A stretch of 64,000 bases of DNA from a virus. Its lineage: Duplodnaviria > Caudoviricetes. Where the stretch lies: IMG/VR virus record IMGVR_UViG_3300016744_000001; one strand, 5' to 3'. Shown piece after piece: positions 27,523 to 36,441 of the stretch. Position 1 is the first letter of the stretch, and the number at the start of each line of letters is the position of its first letter. The position numbers and the translations under genes are program-made. The notes under the pieces were generated by a model. It did not search any database. It worked only from the letters and a program-made list of their open reading frames with translations, and was not told where the DNA came from.

Positions 27523-29178
27523 TTATGTCATTCGTTTTCTTTTTTCATAAATCTCACGAACATGCTTTTCCATCTGCTCGTAGTTCTTCAGCCCAAAGTA
27601 CGTACTACCAATCCAAACTGCATTTTCTTTTGGATCAGATAACGCACTACACAAAGGTTCAACTACACTAGTTGGCATCCCAATAACGGAGACCAACGTT
27701 GACAGTTTGTTTTCCTTTGCAATCCCTGCTGCAATCTTCCATGACGGATACAGCGCACTGTAGTCATCGTCAGCGCAATACAACAAGACTGATGTGATCT
27801 TCCCGATTCGTTCTTTGACGCAAGGAATGCCCATTTCTATCACATTTCGAGCATCAAGAACAGCACCACCGATCTTTGACAGTAGATGATCATACGGACT
27901 GACCATCACCTTGCCAGTGGTAGCAAACACACGTCCTTGCATTAACAAGTCGTGATGATAGTCATTACCGAGCATGACTGTCTGCTTACTAAAGTCCATC
28001 AAAGTGGAATGTTCAGTCAGCATGTACAAGCTATTGTAATCCTGCGATGCCCAAGTGCCAATCTGGACGAGCATGCCGTCAAAGATATTGTACACCCAGT
28101 ATTCCAGAAAGTGATCTTTCTGCATCTCGTAATGACCTCGATCTCCAAGGTCAATCTTTGTTGCTTTGATCAACTTGGTCATGATGTCACCAAGTTTATA
28201 ACTGGATTCTTTAGGCTTCTGCTTTCTTACCTGACCATACAAGGCCATGGCGTCAAGCCACTGCGTCTTGGATGTACAGTGGAGCCAGTTCCACTTCTCA
28301 ACGATGTGCGAAACCTCACGACGATCATCGTAGTACCGTAAGAACCTTTGGCCTTTGGGAATGTCTCTCGAACAAAAGAAGTCTTGTGGATTCAAGCCAT
28401 TGGCTTGGATTCGACTGATCATCTGCGGAACGTCATAACCAAGGTTCCAGATGAACATGTAGTCAGGTTCATCACGATGGATATTGTCGAAGATCCACTT
28501 GTACATGTCCATTTCATCGTCAAAGACTTCAGCGATGATCTCAAACCCATGCTTGGCGAGGTGTGGACCAATCATCTTTTCTGCAAGTGGAAGCATCTCT
28601 TCCTTTGTAGCCTTCACTCGCTTTCCACCAACATTCTTCCACATGAACTCACCAAGAGCGGCTGTGTAGACTTTCTTGTCACAGATCACCGTGATCAAGT
28701 TCGTTCGGTGGTCATCGTGGATCACGGATGATTCAATATCGAGAGAACCAATCGTGATCGGACAGACATCATGCACCATCTTCGATTCGTACTTATAACG
28801 AACCAAAGCTTCCATGCTGATGTCAGTGCCGTAAATATACGGAGAGTTGCACAGCTCTCTCAAAAACACTCGCTGGTTTCGGTGCATCCCCAATTGTTCT
28901 CGCAACAACTCTGGGAGAAAACGATCTTCCACTTGGAAGACGTCACAATGAGAAACCAGCTCTGATTCTTTCTTGTATCTGTGAGTACGGTATTCTGGTT
29001 TTGTAATCCAGACCCGTCTTGACGGATTGATAAATGGCCGAAGCACTGTCTTGGTTGACAATACCTTCTTGGTCTCTTCATCGATCGTTACATGTTTTTC
29101 TTTAACTGTCAGGATGGCTGCTTCATCTGTTTTGTTGTAACAGCTGTGCATCCACTGAACACTTGTAAGTTCGCCCAT
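27523..29178 (-). CDS. family B DNA polymerase subunit (3'-5' exonuclease plus motif A), phiKZ-type split polymerase
   Basis: ExoI LDIESS, ExoII WNLGYDVP, ExoIII YNIFD, GGAVL and motif A DDDYSALYPS; motifs B and C absent. Confidence 0.85.
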   Translation of the reverse strand: MGELTSVQWMHSCYNKTDEAAILTVKEKHVTIDEETKKVLSTKTVLRPFINPSRRVWITKPEYRTHRYKKESELVSHCDVFQVEDRFLPELLREQLGMHRNQRVFLRELCNSPYIYGTDISMEALVRYKYESKMVHDVCPITIGSLDIESSVIHDDHRTNLITVICDKKVYTAALGEFMWKNVGGKRVKATKEEMLPLAEKMIGPHLAKHGFEIIAEVFDDEMDMYKWIFDNIHRDEPDYMFIWNLGYDVPQMISRIQANGLNPQDFFCSRDIPKGQRFLRYYDDRREVSHIVEKWNWLHCTSKTQWLDAMALYGQVRKQKPKESSYKLGDIMTKLIKATKIDLGDRGHYEMQKDHFLEYWVYNIFDGMLVQIGTWASQDYNSLYMLTEHSTLMDFSKQTVMLGNDYHHDLLMQGRVFATTGKVMVSPYDHLLSKIGGAVLDARNVIEMGIPCVKERIGKITSVLLYCADDDYSALYPSWKIAAGIAKENKLSTLVSVIGMPTSVVEPLCSALSDPKENAVWIGSTYFGLKNYEQMEKHVREIYEKRKRMT

Positions 29179-29315
29179 GTGTTACCTCTCAGTGGGGTTT
29201 ACACTTTATATCAGACATGGTTCAAAAGTAATGTCAATGATGGTGTTTGACGGATATATAACTACTTTGATAATTGCAAGTTATTACCTAAACAATATAA
29301 CTCAGCGGGCAATTT

Positions 29316-29789
29316 ATGAACATCTTACACGACCTTATGGTGAGGTTTGGGGAAATTCACCACTTCTGTTTTGTAGCACCAGACGATGCCATCTTTCGGG
29401 TACGGAACGCCATCTCTGAATGGCTTGATCGCATCGGTGTGACGATCGAACTTGATCGTGGCTCCAGTCATGTCTGGCGGCTCACTAACAAAAGTGATGC
29501 CCCTTATGGTAAAGACGGAAACCTTAAACGCTCACCTGATGGGAGCACTGTGTATCTTACTGACGGGTACACTTTGATGTCATTCACCAGAAACGGTGAG
29601 AACATCCTCATCAAACTACTGTTCATTCATCAGAAGGGAAATGCACAGTGCTACTTCAACAAAGGATCAATTGCTCTTGGCCGAGTAATCGGTCAAGGGT
29701 TTGAGCCAATCATCGTGTCATCAGAATCAGCGTCAAACACTGAACAGCAGTACTATAAGGCTTGCCCTTTCAGCACTGCTAAGATCTAA
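29316..29789 (+). CDS. hypothetical protein
   Basis: 157 aa; preceded by the variant motif TATATAAC (29255-29262). Confidence 0.6.
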   Translation: MNILHDLMVRFGEIHHFCFVAPDDAIFRVRNAISEWLDRIGVTIELDRGSSHVWRLTNKSDAPYGKDGNLKRSPDGSTVYLTDGYTLMSFTRNGENILIKLLFIHQKGNAQCYFNKGSIALGRVIGQGFEPIIVSSESASNTEQQYYKACPFSTAKI

Positions 29790-29824
29790 GTTTATAAACC
29801 AAACAAACTCCGAAGGAGTCCATC

Positions 29825-30256
29825 ATGCTTCCTACCATCACCCCCAGCAATTTTGTCAACATTCTCATGTACCTTCCTCACAGCGACCCCGACGCTAACA
29901 CCTCGGAAAACATCCAGACGAAAGATCTTATCACCAGTGCAATCGAACGCAACCTTCGGGTGGGCCACTTCGATCCGGCGGTTGACGGTGGTTTGTATCT
30001 GACCCAGGTGCGTCTGACCGACAGCACCAGCGCCTTCGTAGCAGTCAAGGATGAAGCTGGTAATCTGATCCTGCGGACGATCGTTCGCCGGTCAGGTGAA
30101 ACCTGCCAGCTTGGTGAAATCTGCAGACCGTTCGTCGACATCAACACTCCGGAAAACGTTGTGTTTGCTGATCCCAGCATCTGGCCGGCAACAAGTCAGC
30201 TGAATCCGATCTTTGTGGATGCTGACGTTCTGGAAAAACTGAACAAAGTTTTGTAA
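29825..30256 (+). CDS. hypothetical protein
   Basis: 143 aa, AAGGAG RBS, ends at a hairpin. Confidence 0.75.
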   Translation: MLPTITPSNFVNILMYLPHSDPDANTSENIQTKDLITSAIERNLRVGHFDPAVDGGLYLTQVRLTDSTSAFVAVKDEAGNLILRTIVRRSGETCQLGEICRPFVDINTPENVVFADPSIWPATSQLNPIFVDADVLEKLNKVL

Positions 30257-30263
30257 CTACCAC

Positions 30264-30300
30264 TCCACTGACCCTCTCCTTTTGGGAGAGGGTCAGTGGA
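30264..30300. terminator. hairpin downstream of the capsid gene (convergent genes)
   Basis: tccactgaccctctcc-ttttg-ggagagggtcagtgga. Confidence 0.7.
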
Positions 30301-30334
30301 TTCATCTTGCGATGATTTTTTTTTCAGTCAGTTG

Positions 30335-32647
30335 TTACTGACCGATTTTCCCGATGCCGGTCCAGTACTTGTCCCGGTTCAGGATGTTGATGATGCAACC
30401 CATACCGTTGAGGGCGATCGGGTATTCACGGGTGTTCTGCATGGACCGGCGGTAGGTGGCGTTGGCGCCATCGGTCGGGGTCCAGTTCACACTGTACTGA
30501 CCACCGTCGTAGTTGACCGCAAAGTTCAGGTCGCTCTGCGGCTGGTTCGGACGGTAGGGGATCAGGATCATGGTGTCTTCCATGTAGTGGAAGGCGGTGG
30601 TCACGAATTCGATGATCGTGCCGTTGGGCAGGACTGTCTTGAATTCGGTGGGCTTGCCAGGAACCTTGACTTCGAATACCTGTTCGCCGTTCTTGCCGGA
30701 GGGCATCTGGTTTTCATGGATGGAAGCCAGCGACCAGAGGCAGTCGATGATCGGCGTGGTGGTGATGCACTTGTACACCGGGGCAGAATCTTCCAGCTGC
30801 TGCAGGAGCAGTGAACGGTAATGCATTTCGGTGGTGATGGTGTTCATGCAAGCGCGCATGTAGGTCCAGAGGTCGGACAGCACGTCTGAGGTGCGGAAGT
30901 TCACGACGTTCTGGAAGTCGATGGTCTTGATCATGACCGTGGGGTTGACGCGGCAGCCGGACACGAAGGACTTGGCAACAGTCATGTTGTCGTAGTTCTC
31001 GATGTAGCGGGAGTCGGACATTTCGTTCTTCACGCGGTCGGCAGTGGCCTTCAGCGTCTTCATGATCAGCTGAAGGTTACGATGGTCGATACCGATCGTC
31101 TGCACTTCAGCAGCCACGTCCAGAGCGTGCTCGGGCAGAGTCTGGTTGTGGGCATGGTCGACCACGATTGTGCGGCCGTCAGGCAGCGAGTAGGTCAGTA
31201 CGTCGGTCATCGAACGCACGGCCATGTTGGTCTTGCGGAAGTTTTCTTCCGAGTAGAAGGCGTCGATTTCCCAGCCGATGACTTCGCAGGTGATGTCCTT
31301 CACCAGGTCCTTCAGGTCCTGAGAAGCATCGGTGCCAGCGATGGAAACCACAGGGCGGAATTCCACGTTACCAGCGCCATACACGCGAGCAGACTGCAGG
31401 TTGGCACGGCCGTTGAAGTTCAGTGAGCCGATGATGTATTCGAGCGAACGGTTCTGGCTGGCGAAGATGACAGTGCGTTTGTCTTCAGCCGTCATCAGGT
31501 CCTTGTCGAACGCGATCTTGGTGAGGAACATGACGCCACGGTCAGCCACGTTGTCCTGGGTGTTGTTCAGGTGAGTGAACGTACCCATGTTGGCATACGG
31601 GGTCAGATTGACCATGAACTGTTCGGTGATACCACCGGCGTTCGGGTCGCCCTTGGTAACCTTCAGGTGCACAGCGCGGAGCTGGATGCGGGCGGAGAGC
31701 AGGTCGGTGTAGTTCAGTTGGTCATAGCCGACTTTGCCTTCGACCATGGACAGGTCCCACAGGGGGATTTCCACATTGGGCTTCAGGATGTTGTTGGCGA
31801 CCAAGTACTTGTGTTCAGTGTCAGCGGCAAGCAGCGGCACCACGGGGATCAGTTCCATGTCCACAGGTTCGGGGTGACGCAGAAGCGTGATCATCTGGTT
31901 GCGGTGAGCCCAGCTCTGGCGTTCAGCCGTGGACTTGTTCTGGGATTTGGCCAGATCGTAGAATTCGTCGTTCGGACGCACGAACTGCACCACACCGGTG
32001 TCATTGGAGACGCGGTGCATCAGACGGTTGCTCAGACCCTTGTAGCCCTTCAGCAGGGTAAGCGTCATGGCAGTCTTGATGTCAGCGATGGACTGGGCGA
32101 GGTTCGAACCGAACATTTCGCGACCCATCAGGGCGCCGGAATAGGAAGCATTGGCGGTAACAGACGAAGGATAGATCGAAGACAGGTTGCGGTGGCCGAT
32201 GTCAGCGGTCTGCATGGTCTTGAAGTGATCATCCACACGGTCGTTGGTGTAGCGATGCATGACCAGGGCGAGGTTTTCCATGGTGGACGCAATGCGTTCT
32301 TCAGGAATTTCGCAGTCTTTGCAAAGCTGGTAAAGGCCTTCACCCATGGAAGCAAGTTCCTGGCTGCCCACGGCGGACATCTTGAAGCCTTCTTTGCCAG
32401 CGCCACCCCAGAAGGTGTTGTTGATCGTGCCGTAGCCGGTGCTGTTCAGGAAGTTCACAACCTTGTTGTAGAACTTGCCGGACTTGCCGTAGGAAGTCAT
32501 CTGTTCGGGATTGAATTCCGTGAACTGGGGGTCCCAGGGCAGTTTGTGGTCAGTCGCCAGTTTGGCCATGCCAGCGCGGAACTGGCGAATGGGGGACTTT
32601 TCGCTGTGGTTGGTCAGCATGTCAAAAGAAAAATTGGGATTTGCCAT
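30335..32647 (-). CDS. major capsid protein (phiKZ gp120-like)
   Basis: 770 aa, very strong codon bias, AAGGA RBS; helicase / structural gene / capsid arrangement as in phiKZ-like phages; motifs such as VIGWEIDAFYSEENFRK and candidate propeptide site GRE|MFG. Confidence 0.8.
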   Translation of the reverse strand: MANPNFSFDMLTNHSEKSPIRQFRAGMAKLATDHKLPWDPQFTEFNPEQMTSYGKSGKFYNKVVNFLNSTGYGTINNTFWGGAGKEGFKMSAVGSQELASMGEGLYQLCKDCEIPEERIASTMENLALVMHRYTNDRVDDHFKTMQTADIGHRNLSSIYPSSVTANASYSGALMGREMFGSNLAQSIADIKTAMTLTLLKGYKGLSNRLMHRVSNDTGVVQFVRPNDEFYDLAKSQNKSTAERQSWAHRNQMITLLRHPEPVDMELIPVVPLLAADTEHKYLVANNILKPNVEIPLWDLSMVEGKVGYDQLNYTDLLSARIQLRAVHLKVTKGDPNAGGITEQFMVNLTPYANMGTFTHLNNTQDNVADRGVMFLTKIAFDKDLMTAEDKRTVIFASQNRSLEYIIGSLNFNGRANLQSARVYGAGNVEFRPVVSIAGTDASQDLKDLVKDITCEVIGWEIDAFYSEENFRKTNMAVRSMTDVLTYSLPDGRTIVVDHAHNQTLPEHALDVAAEVQTIGIDHRNLQLIMKTLKATADRVKNEMSDSRYIENYDNMTVAKSFVSGCRVNPTVMIKTIDFQNVVNFRTSDVLSDLWTYMRACMNTITTEMHYRSLLLQQLEDSAPVYKCITTTPIIDCLWSLASIHENQMPSGKNGEQVFEVKVPGKPTEFKTVLPNGTIIEFVTTAFHYMEDTMILIPYRPNQPQSDLNFAVNYDGGQYSVNWTPTDGANATYRRSMQNTREYPIALNGMGCIINILNRDKYWTGIGKIGQ

Positions 32648-32722
32648 GATACGTTATTCCTTAAAAGGAAGCTCAATGTTTTTCCACATCAACATTACGT
32701 TGATCTCTTAGCCAGAGTACGG

Positions 32723-34228
32723 TTAATCAGAAAGACCAAGAATATCCCCAAGGATTTCTTTAGTTGTTGCCACAGAAACCAATGAGAACCATTGTGTCAC
32801 CCAGAACTTAAGGAATTCAACATCCTCAGCCTGGATGGTGGATGGCGGGTTATTGATAAGACGATTGATACGGTTCTGAAGTGTTCCTCTTTCAAGGTAC
32901 TCGTCAAAACTTTCGTCTGCGATCAGCTCGATCAACGGATTGACATCTTCCGGATCAACAGTGGTGTCATCTGACGTTGTGTCTGTCGATGAAGAGGAAC
33001 CATCCCCTTCACTGTCATCAGACCCATCAGGATCACCCGAAAAGTCATCGTCTGCAAACGGATCATCACCACCATCGTCCCCAGTCTCCTCGGTCGAAGT
33101 ATCGTCCGAGTTATCACTGCCTGACTCCGTAGTAGTGGTATCATCAGCTGCCTTTGTGTCGTCACCATCGTTCGATGAAGATTCCGAAGAATCTGCAGCT
33201 TCCATACCATACCCAACAAGACTCAGTGAGGAGAGGAATTTCAAGTCACCTTGTTCTTCCCACTTCTCAACTTGTCCCATCGTTGGGTTTGTATTGGTAA
33301 GGTAGGTCAACCGGTTGTCTTTAAGGTAACTGAACAAGTCACCGAACTGACTAAGTTGAACAGGTTCCTTCTCAATAAGAGAAGGGTACTTTGTTGTCAG
33401 GGCACGAAGCATATTCAACATTTCAGTCGAATACATTTTTGTGTTCACTGACATCCCGAGTGAGTTGCGGTGGAAGTAATTTTTCAACACACCACACAAT
33501 GATTCTGAACCTCGTTGTTTCAGATCATCAATGAACAAGCTCTGCAAAGTGTCGACCAACTCATGCCACGTATGCCCATTGTAGTTCATCGAGCAGATGT
33601 ATTTGTGCGTGGGGTTGGTCGTGTGATATGAATCAACACTTTGCATGGATGAGTATGAACGAGCAAAGAAGGTAACCGCAACGTCAGTCTTGCTCGTCTT
33701 ATCCCGACGAAGCACTGGCGACAAAACAATTGGCGCCAGGAACTTCCCATCGGGATTCAAAATGTTGAAGGAGTTCTCCTTCACTTGAAGATACGGAATA
33801 CTGAAGTTCCTTGGAACTGTGCAGTATTTCGAGTTCTTTGGCCCGGTGAATGTATCCACCAAAGCGGTGATATTCATACCAGGGAGTTTTCCAGTATAAA
33901 CATACTTGGCGATCAATTCCTGATCTGCCGGTGTTATCTGGGCATCTTCCTCAGTGCCACCAAGATCAAAGTCTTCGTCTTGGTAAGTTTGAAGGTTCAA
34001 ACGCAACACGTTTCGGTAATCGATCAGTGCATTGTTGTTCGGGTCAGCTGCCAGCAAGTAGTCTGCCAGCAAAGCTTGCTCGAAGAAGATTGAAAGGATA
34101 TCACGAACACCAAACTTCAAGAGTTTTTGGTTTCTGCGATATACCGCAGCGGTGATGTGCGATGCTACAAGGTTGGACAGTTTTGGTGTCATCTTTGAGG
34201 GACGAACACTGAGATATCTGATCTTCAT
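32723..34228 (-). CDS. virion protein upstream of capsid, with acidic low-complexity linker
   Basis: Start moved to ATG 34228 (GAGG RBS) to avoid overlap with the helicase; GYGME followed by a D/S/T/E-rich tract. Confidence 0.65.
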   Translation of the reverse strand: MKIRYLSVRPSKMTPKLSNLVASHITAAVYRRNQKLLKFGVRDILSIFFEQALLADYLLAADPNNNALIDYRNVLRLNLQTYQDEDFDLGGTEEDAQITPADQELIAKYVYTGKLPGMNITALVDTFTGPKNSKYCTVPRNFSIPYLQVKENSFNILNPDGKFLAPIVLSPVLRRDKTSKTDVAVTFFARSYSSMQSVDSYHTTNPTHKYICSMNYNGHTWHELVDTLQSLFIDDLKQRGSESLCGVLKNYFHRNSLGMSVNTKMYSTEMLNMLRALTTKYPSLIEKEPVQLSQFGDLFSYLKDNRLTYLTNTNPTMGQVEKWEEQGDLKFLSSLSLVGYGMEAADSSESSSNDGDDTKAADDTTTTESGSDNSDDTSTEETGDDGGDDPFADDDFSGDPDGSDDSEGDGSSSSTDTTSDDTTVDPEDVNPLIELIADESFDEYLERGTLQNRINRLINNPPSTIQAEDVEFLKFWVTQWFSLVSVATTKEILGDILGLSD

Positions 34229-34361
34229 TTCTAATGACCTCACTGAAGTGATGTTCGGTTCGCATAGGATGCTGCTTTCGTATCCTATTTTCATCAATAT
34301 CCATATGCATCGACTAGGCAATTCTCTCGAAAAAATCCCACTTAACATAGGCGGAAGCAGT

Positions 34362-35975
34362 ATGAATGGCGGTCTCTCACTCAATACCTTTTTGAACGCC
34401 CTGATTCTGTTGGTAGGATCTAAGGATGATGAGTCCTTAGATCTGGTCAATCAGTTGATTGATGTTTACCAAGAAGAAATTAAAATGAACAAAGGTCTGG
34501 ATACTGTCCTGGCAAGGAAGTTTCTTGCCTTGTTGAAAGACCTGCGTAAAATCCCAAGGAAGGACGAGAACGATATTGAGCGAGTGTCACTCATTGCTGA
34601 CTTCCTCACCAATAACAAAACTGTTGAAGATCAGGACGCGTTGTTCTTTGACTCCATGAAGAGTATCTTCGAAGCGTCTAAGAACACCCAAGGCGATAGT
34701 GACTTCTACATTAAGAAAAAGAAACAGATCAAGAACACGTTAACTTGGGCACGTTTCAAACGAATGTGTGCCCGAATGTACGGTCAGCTGAACGAATTTC
34801 TGTCGACCACGGATGAAGACCAGCAGGCGGACTACCTCTCCAACTGTGTGAATGTCGCCAGAAAGCTAGTCGACTCCGTCCGTGGTGACATCGGTAGCAT
34901 GAACAACGGTGCTGAAGAACGTGTCATATTTTCAGACGATGCATCTTTGAAGGCTGCTCTTGAAAAAGCTTTAGCTTCTGAAAAGGGCGGTGCAGTGTTG
35001 AAGACTGGGATGAAAGGTCTAAACACAATGCTAGGAAAACGTGGTGGGTTTGTTCGTGGTGAATGGGTAATTATTTACGGTCTCTCCCATCATTTCAAGA
35101 CAGGTCTTCTGTTGTCAATCACTCGTGGGATTGCCAAGAACAATGATCCGACCAAGCTGGTCAAACCTGGGAAGAAGCCACTCATCCTGCTTGTCTCTTT
35201 GGAGAACTACGCAAACCGCAACTTGCTGTGGTTCTACAAGACAGCATACGCTTGTACGTTCAACAAGCCACCGGACCCAGAAATGTCCATGGAGGACATG
35301 ATCCATTTCATCAAAGACTTCTACGTTCAGTCTGGTTGGGAGTTCATCATTGAACGTTACAAGGGCATGAACTTTGGTTATGACGAATACGTCAGCACTA
35401 TAGAAAAATACGAAGCTCTTGGTTATGAAGTGGTTGTGGCCGAAGTGGATTACATGGAGAAGATGAAGAAAACTTCCTCTATCTTCAGTGGTGAAGCTGA
35501 ATCCCACACTGGGCTTACGGCACTTGCAGATGGTCTCTTTGGCTACAACAAGTCCAAAGAAATCCTATTCATCTCACCACACCAGTTCAACCGCAAGATG
35601 CAAGAACTGGCTGACCGAGTCAAGACCAACGTGGTTAAACACTTCAGTGCTGATGGTGTTGGTGGTGCGATCTCAATCAACCAGATTGCTGACCTTGAAA
35701 TCTATGTTTACATTGAACAAGACTTCGAGAAGAATGCTTGGTTGACGGTGCAACGTGGCAAGCATCGTTACGTTGATGACACTCCAGTTGCTCATCGTTA
35801 CTTCGCGCAGAAGTTTGACAGTGAGCTTGGTATTCTGGATGACATTGACCTGAAAGAAAAGTACTTTGTTCGTGACATCTACGCCAACGACAGTGAAGCA
35901 ACTGAAGGCAGCAGGAAAGGCTCAAAACCTGATGCGTATGCTAAGCCAGGCATTGGTGCAGATGAAGTGTTCTAG
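34362..35975 (+). CDS. DnaB-like replicative helicase
   Basis: LKTGMKGLNTMLG..GGFVRGE, phiKZ-type Walker A GLSHHFKTG, LVSLEN, VDYM, SPHQFNR, QRGKHR; start uncertain (34269 or 34362). Confidence 0.88.
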   Translation: MNGGLSLNTFLNALILLVGSKDDESLDLVNQLIDVYQEEIKMNKGLDTVLARKFLALLKDLRKIPRKDENDIERVSLIADFLTNNKTVEDQDALFFDSMKSIFEASKNTQGDSDFYIKKKKQIKNTLTWARFKRMCARMYGQLNEFLSTTDEDQQADYLSNCVNVARKLVDSVRGDIGSMNNGAEERVIFSDDASLKAALEKALASEKGGAVLKTGMKGLNTMLGKRGGFVRGEWVIIYGLSHHFKTGLLLSITRGIAKNNDPTKLVKPGKKPLILLVSLENYANRNLLWFYKTAYACTFNKPPDPEMSMEDMIHFIKDFYVQSGWEFIIERYKGMNFGYDEYVSTIEKYEALGYEVVVAEVDYMEKMKKTSSIFSGEAESHTGLTALADGLFGYNKSKEILFISPHQFNRKMQELADRVKTNVVKHFSADGVGGAISINQIADLEIYVYIEQDFEKNAWLTVQRGKHRYVDDTPVAHRYFAQKFDSELGILDDIDLKEKYFVRDIYANDSEATEGSRKGSKPDAYAKPGIGADEVF

Positions 35976-35983
35976 GAGACAAC

Positions 35984-36322
35984 ATGCTTAAAGAATACGA
36001 ATTCTCTCGGAAAGTCAAGGCAGTCCAATTCACTGGCCCTGATTCGATTCAAGACATTATTGAACTAACGGCACCAGCGAGATTCCTTGGAGAGAGTTTT
36101 GAAGAACTCGCAGATGAGGAAATCGCTGATTATGAATGTTCCACAATCATCATCCAAGTACTTGGAAATACTCTTGAGGTATCTCAAGGTGATTGGATTG
36201 TGAGGTGGAACTACCCGTTGGTTAATGGAAATGGCTGCCAAGATTTTGTGGTTGTTTCCAATGATTTGTTTACACGGGAATACCGTCCGACAGCAATCGA
36301 AACTCTCAAACCACCGTTCTAA
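35984..36322 (+). CDS. conserved small phage protein
   Basis: VKAVQFTG...VSQGDWIV...F...Y pattern common in phages. Confidence 0.7.
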   Translation: MLKEYEFSRKVKAVQFTGPDSIQDIIELTAPARFLGESFEELADEEIADYECSTIIIQVLGNTLEVSQGDWIVRWNYPLVNGNGCQDFVVVSNDLFTREYRPTAIETLKPPF

Positions 36323-36327
36323 ATACT

Positions 36328-36358
36328 ACTAGGGAGCAGGTTTTTCCTGCTCCCTAGT
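36328..36358. terminator. intergenic hairpin
   Basis: actagggagcagg-ttttt-cctgctccctagt. Confidence 0.65.
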
Positions 36359-36441
36359 GGAAATGATTATTATGTCATGTCGTTTATCTGATGAACAGTC
36401 CAAAAACTGCGAATGCTTGGTTAACAAATACGAGGAATACC

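Noticed and set aside
30305-30350. Frameshift or readthrough extension of the major capsid gene
   Set aside because: GGG AAA is not in X_XXY_YYZ phase, and only a short stretch remains before the terminator hairpin.
30296-32785. Long plus-strand ORFs (e.g. 31571-32785, 404 aa) opposite the capsid gene
   Set aside because: Antisense shadows produced by the strong codon bias of the capsid gene; no RBS or recognisable motifs.
34152-34450. Apparent 300 nt overlap of the divergent helicase and structural genes
   Set aside because: Artefact of longest-ORF starts; starts at 34228 (-) and 34269/34362 (+) remove the overlap.
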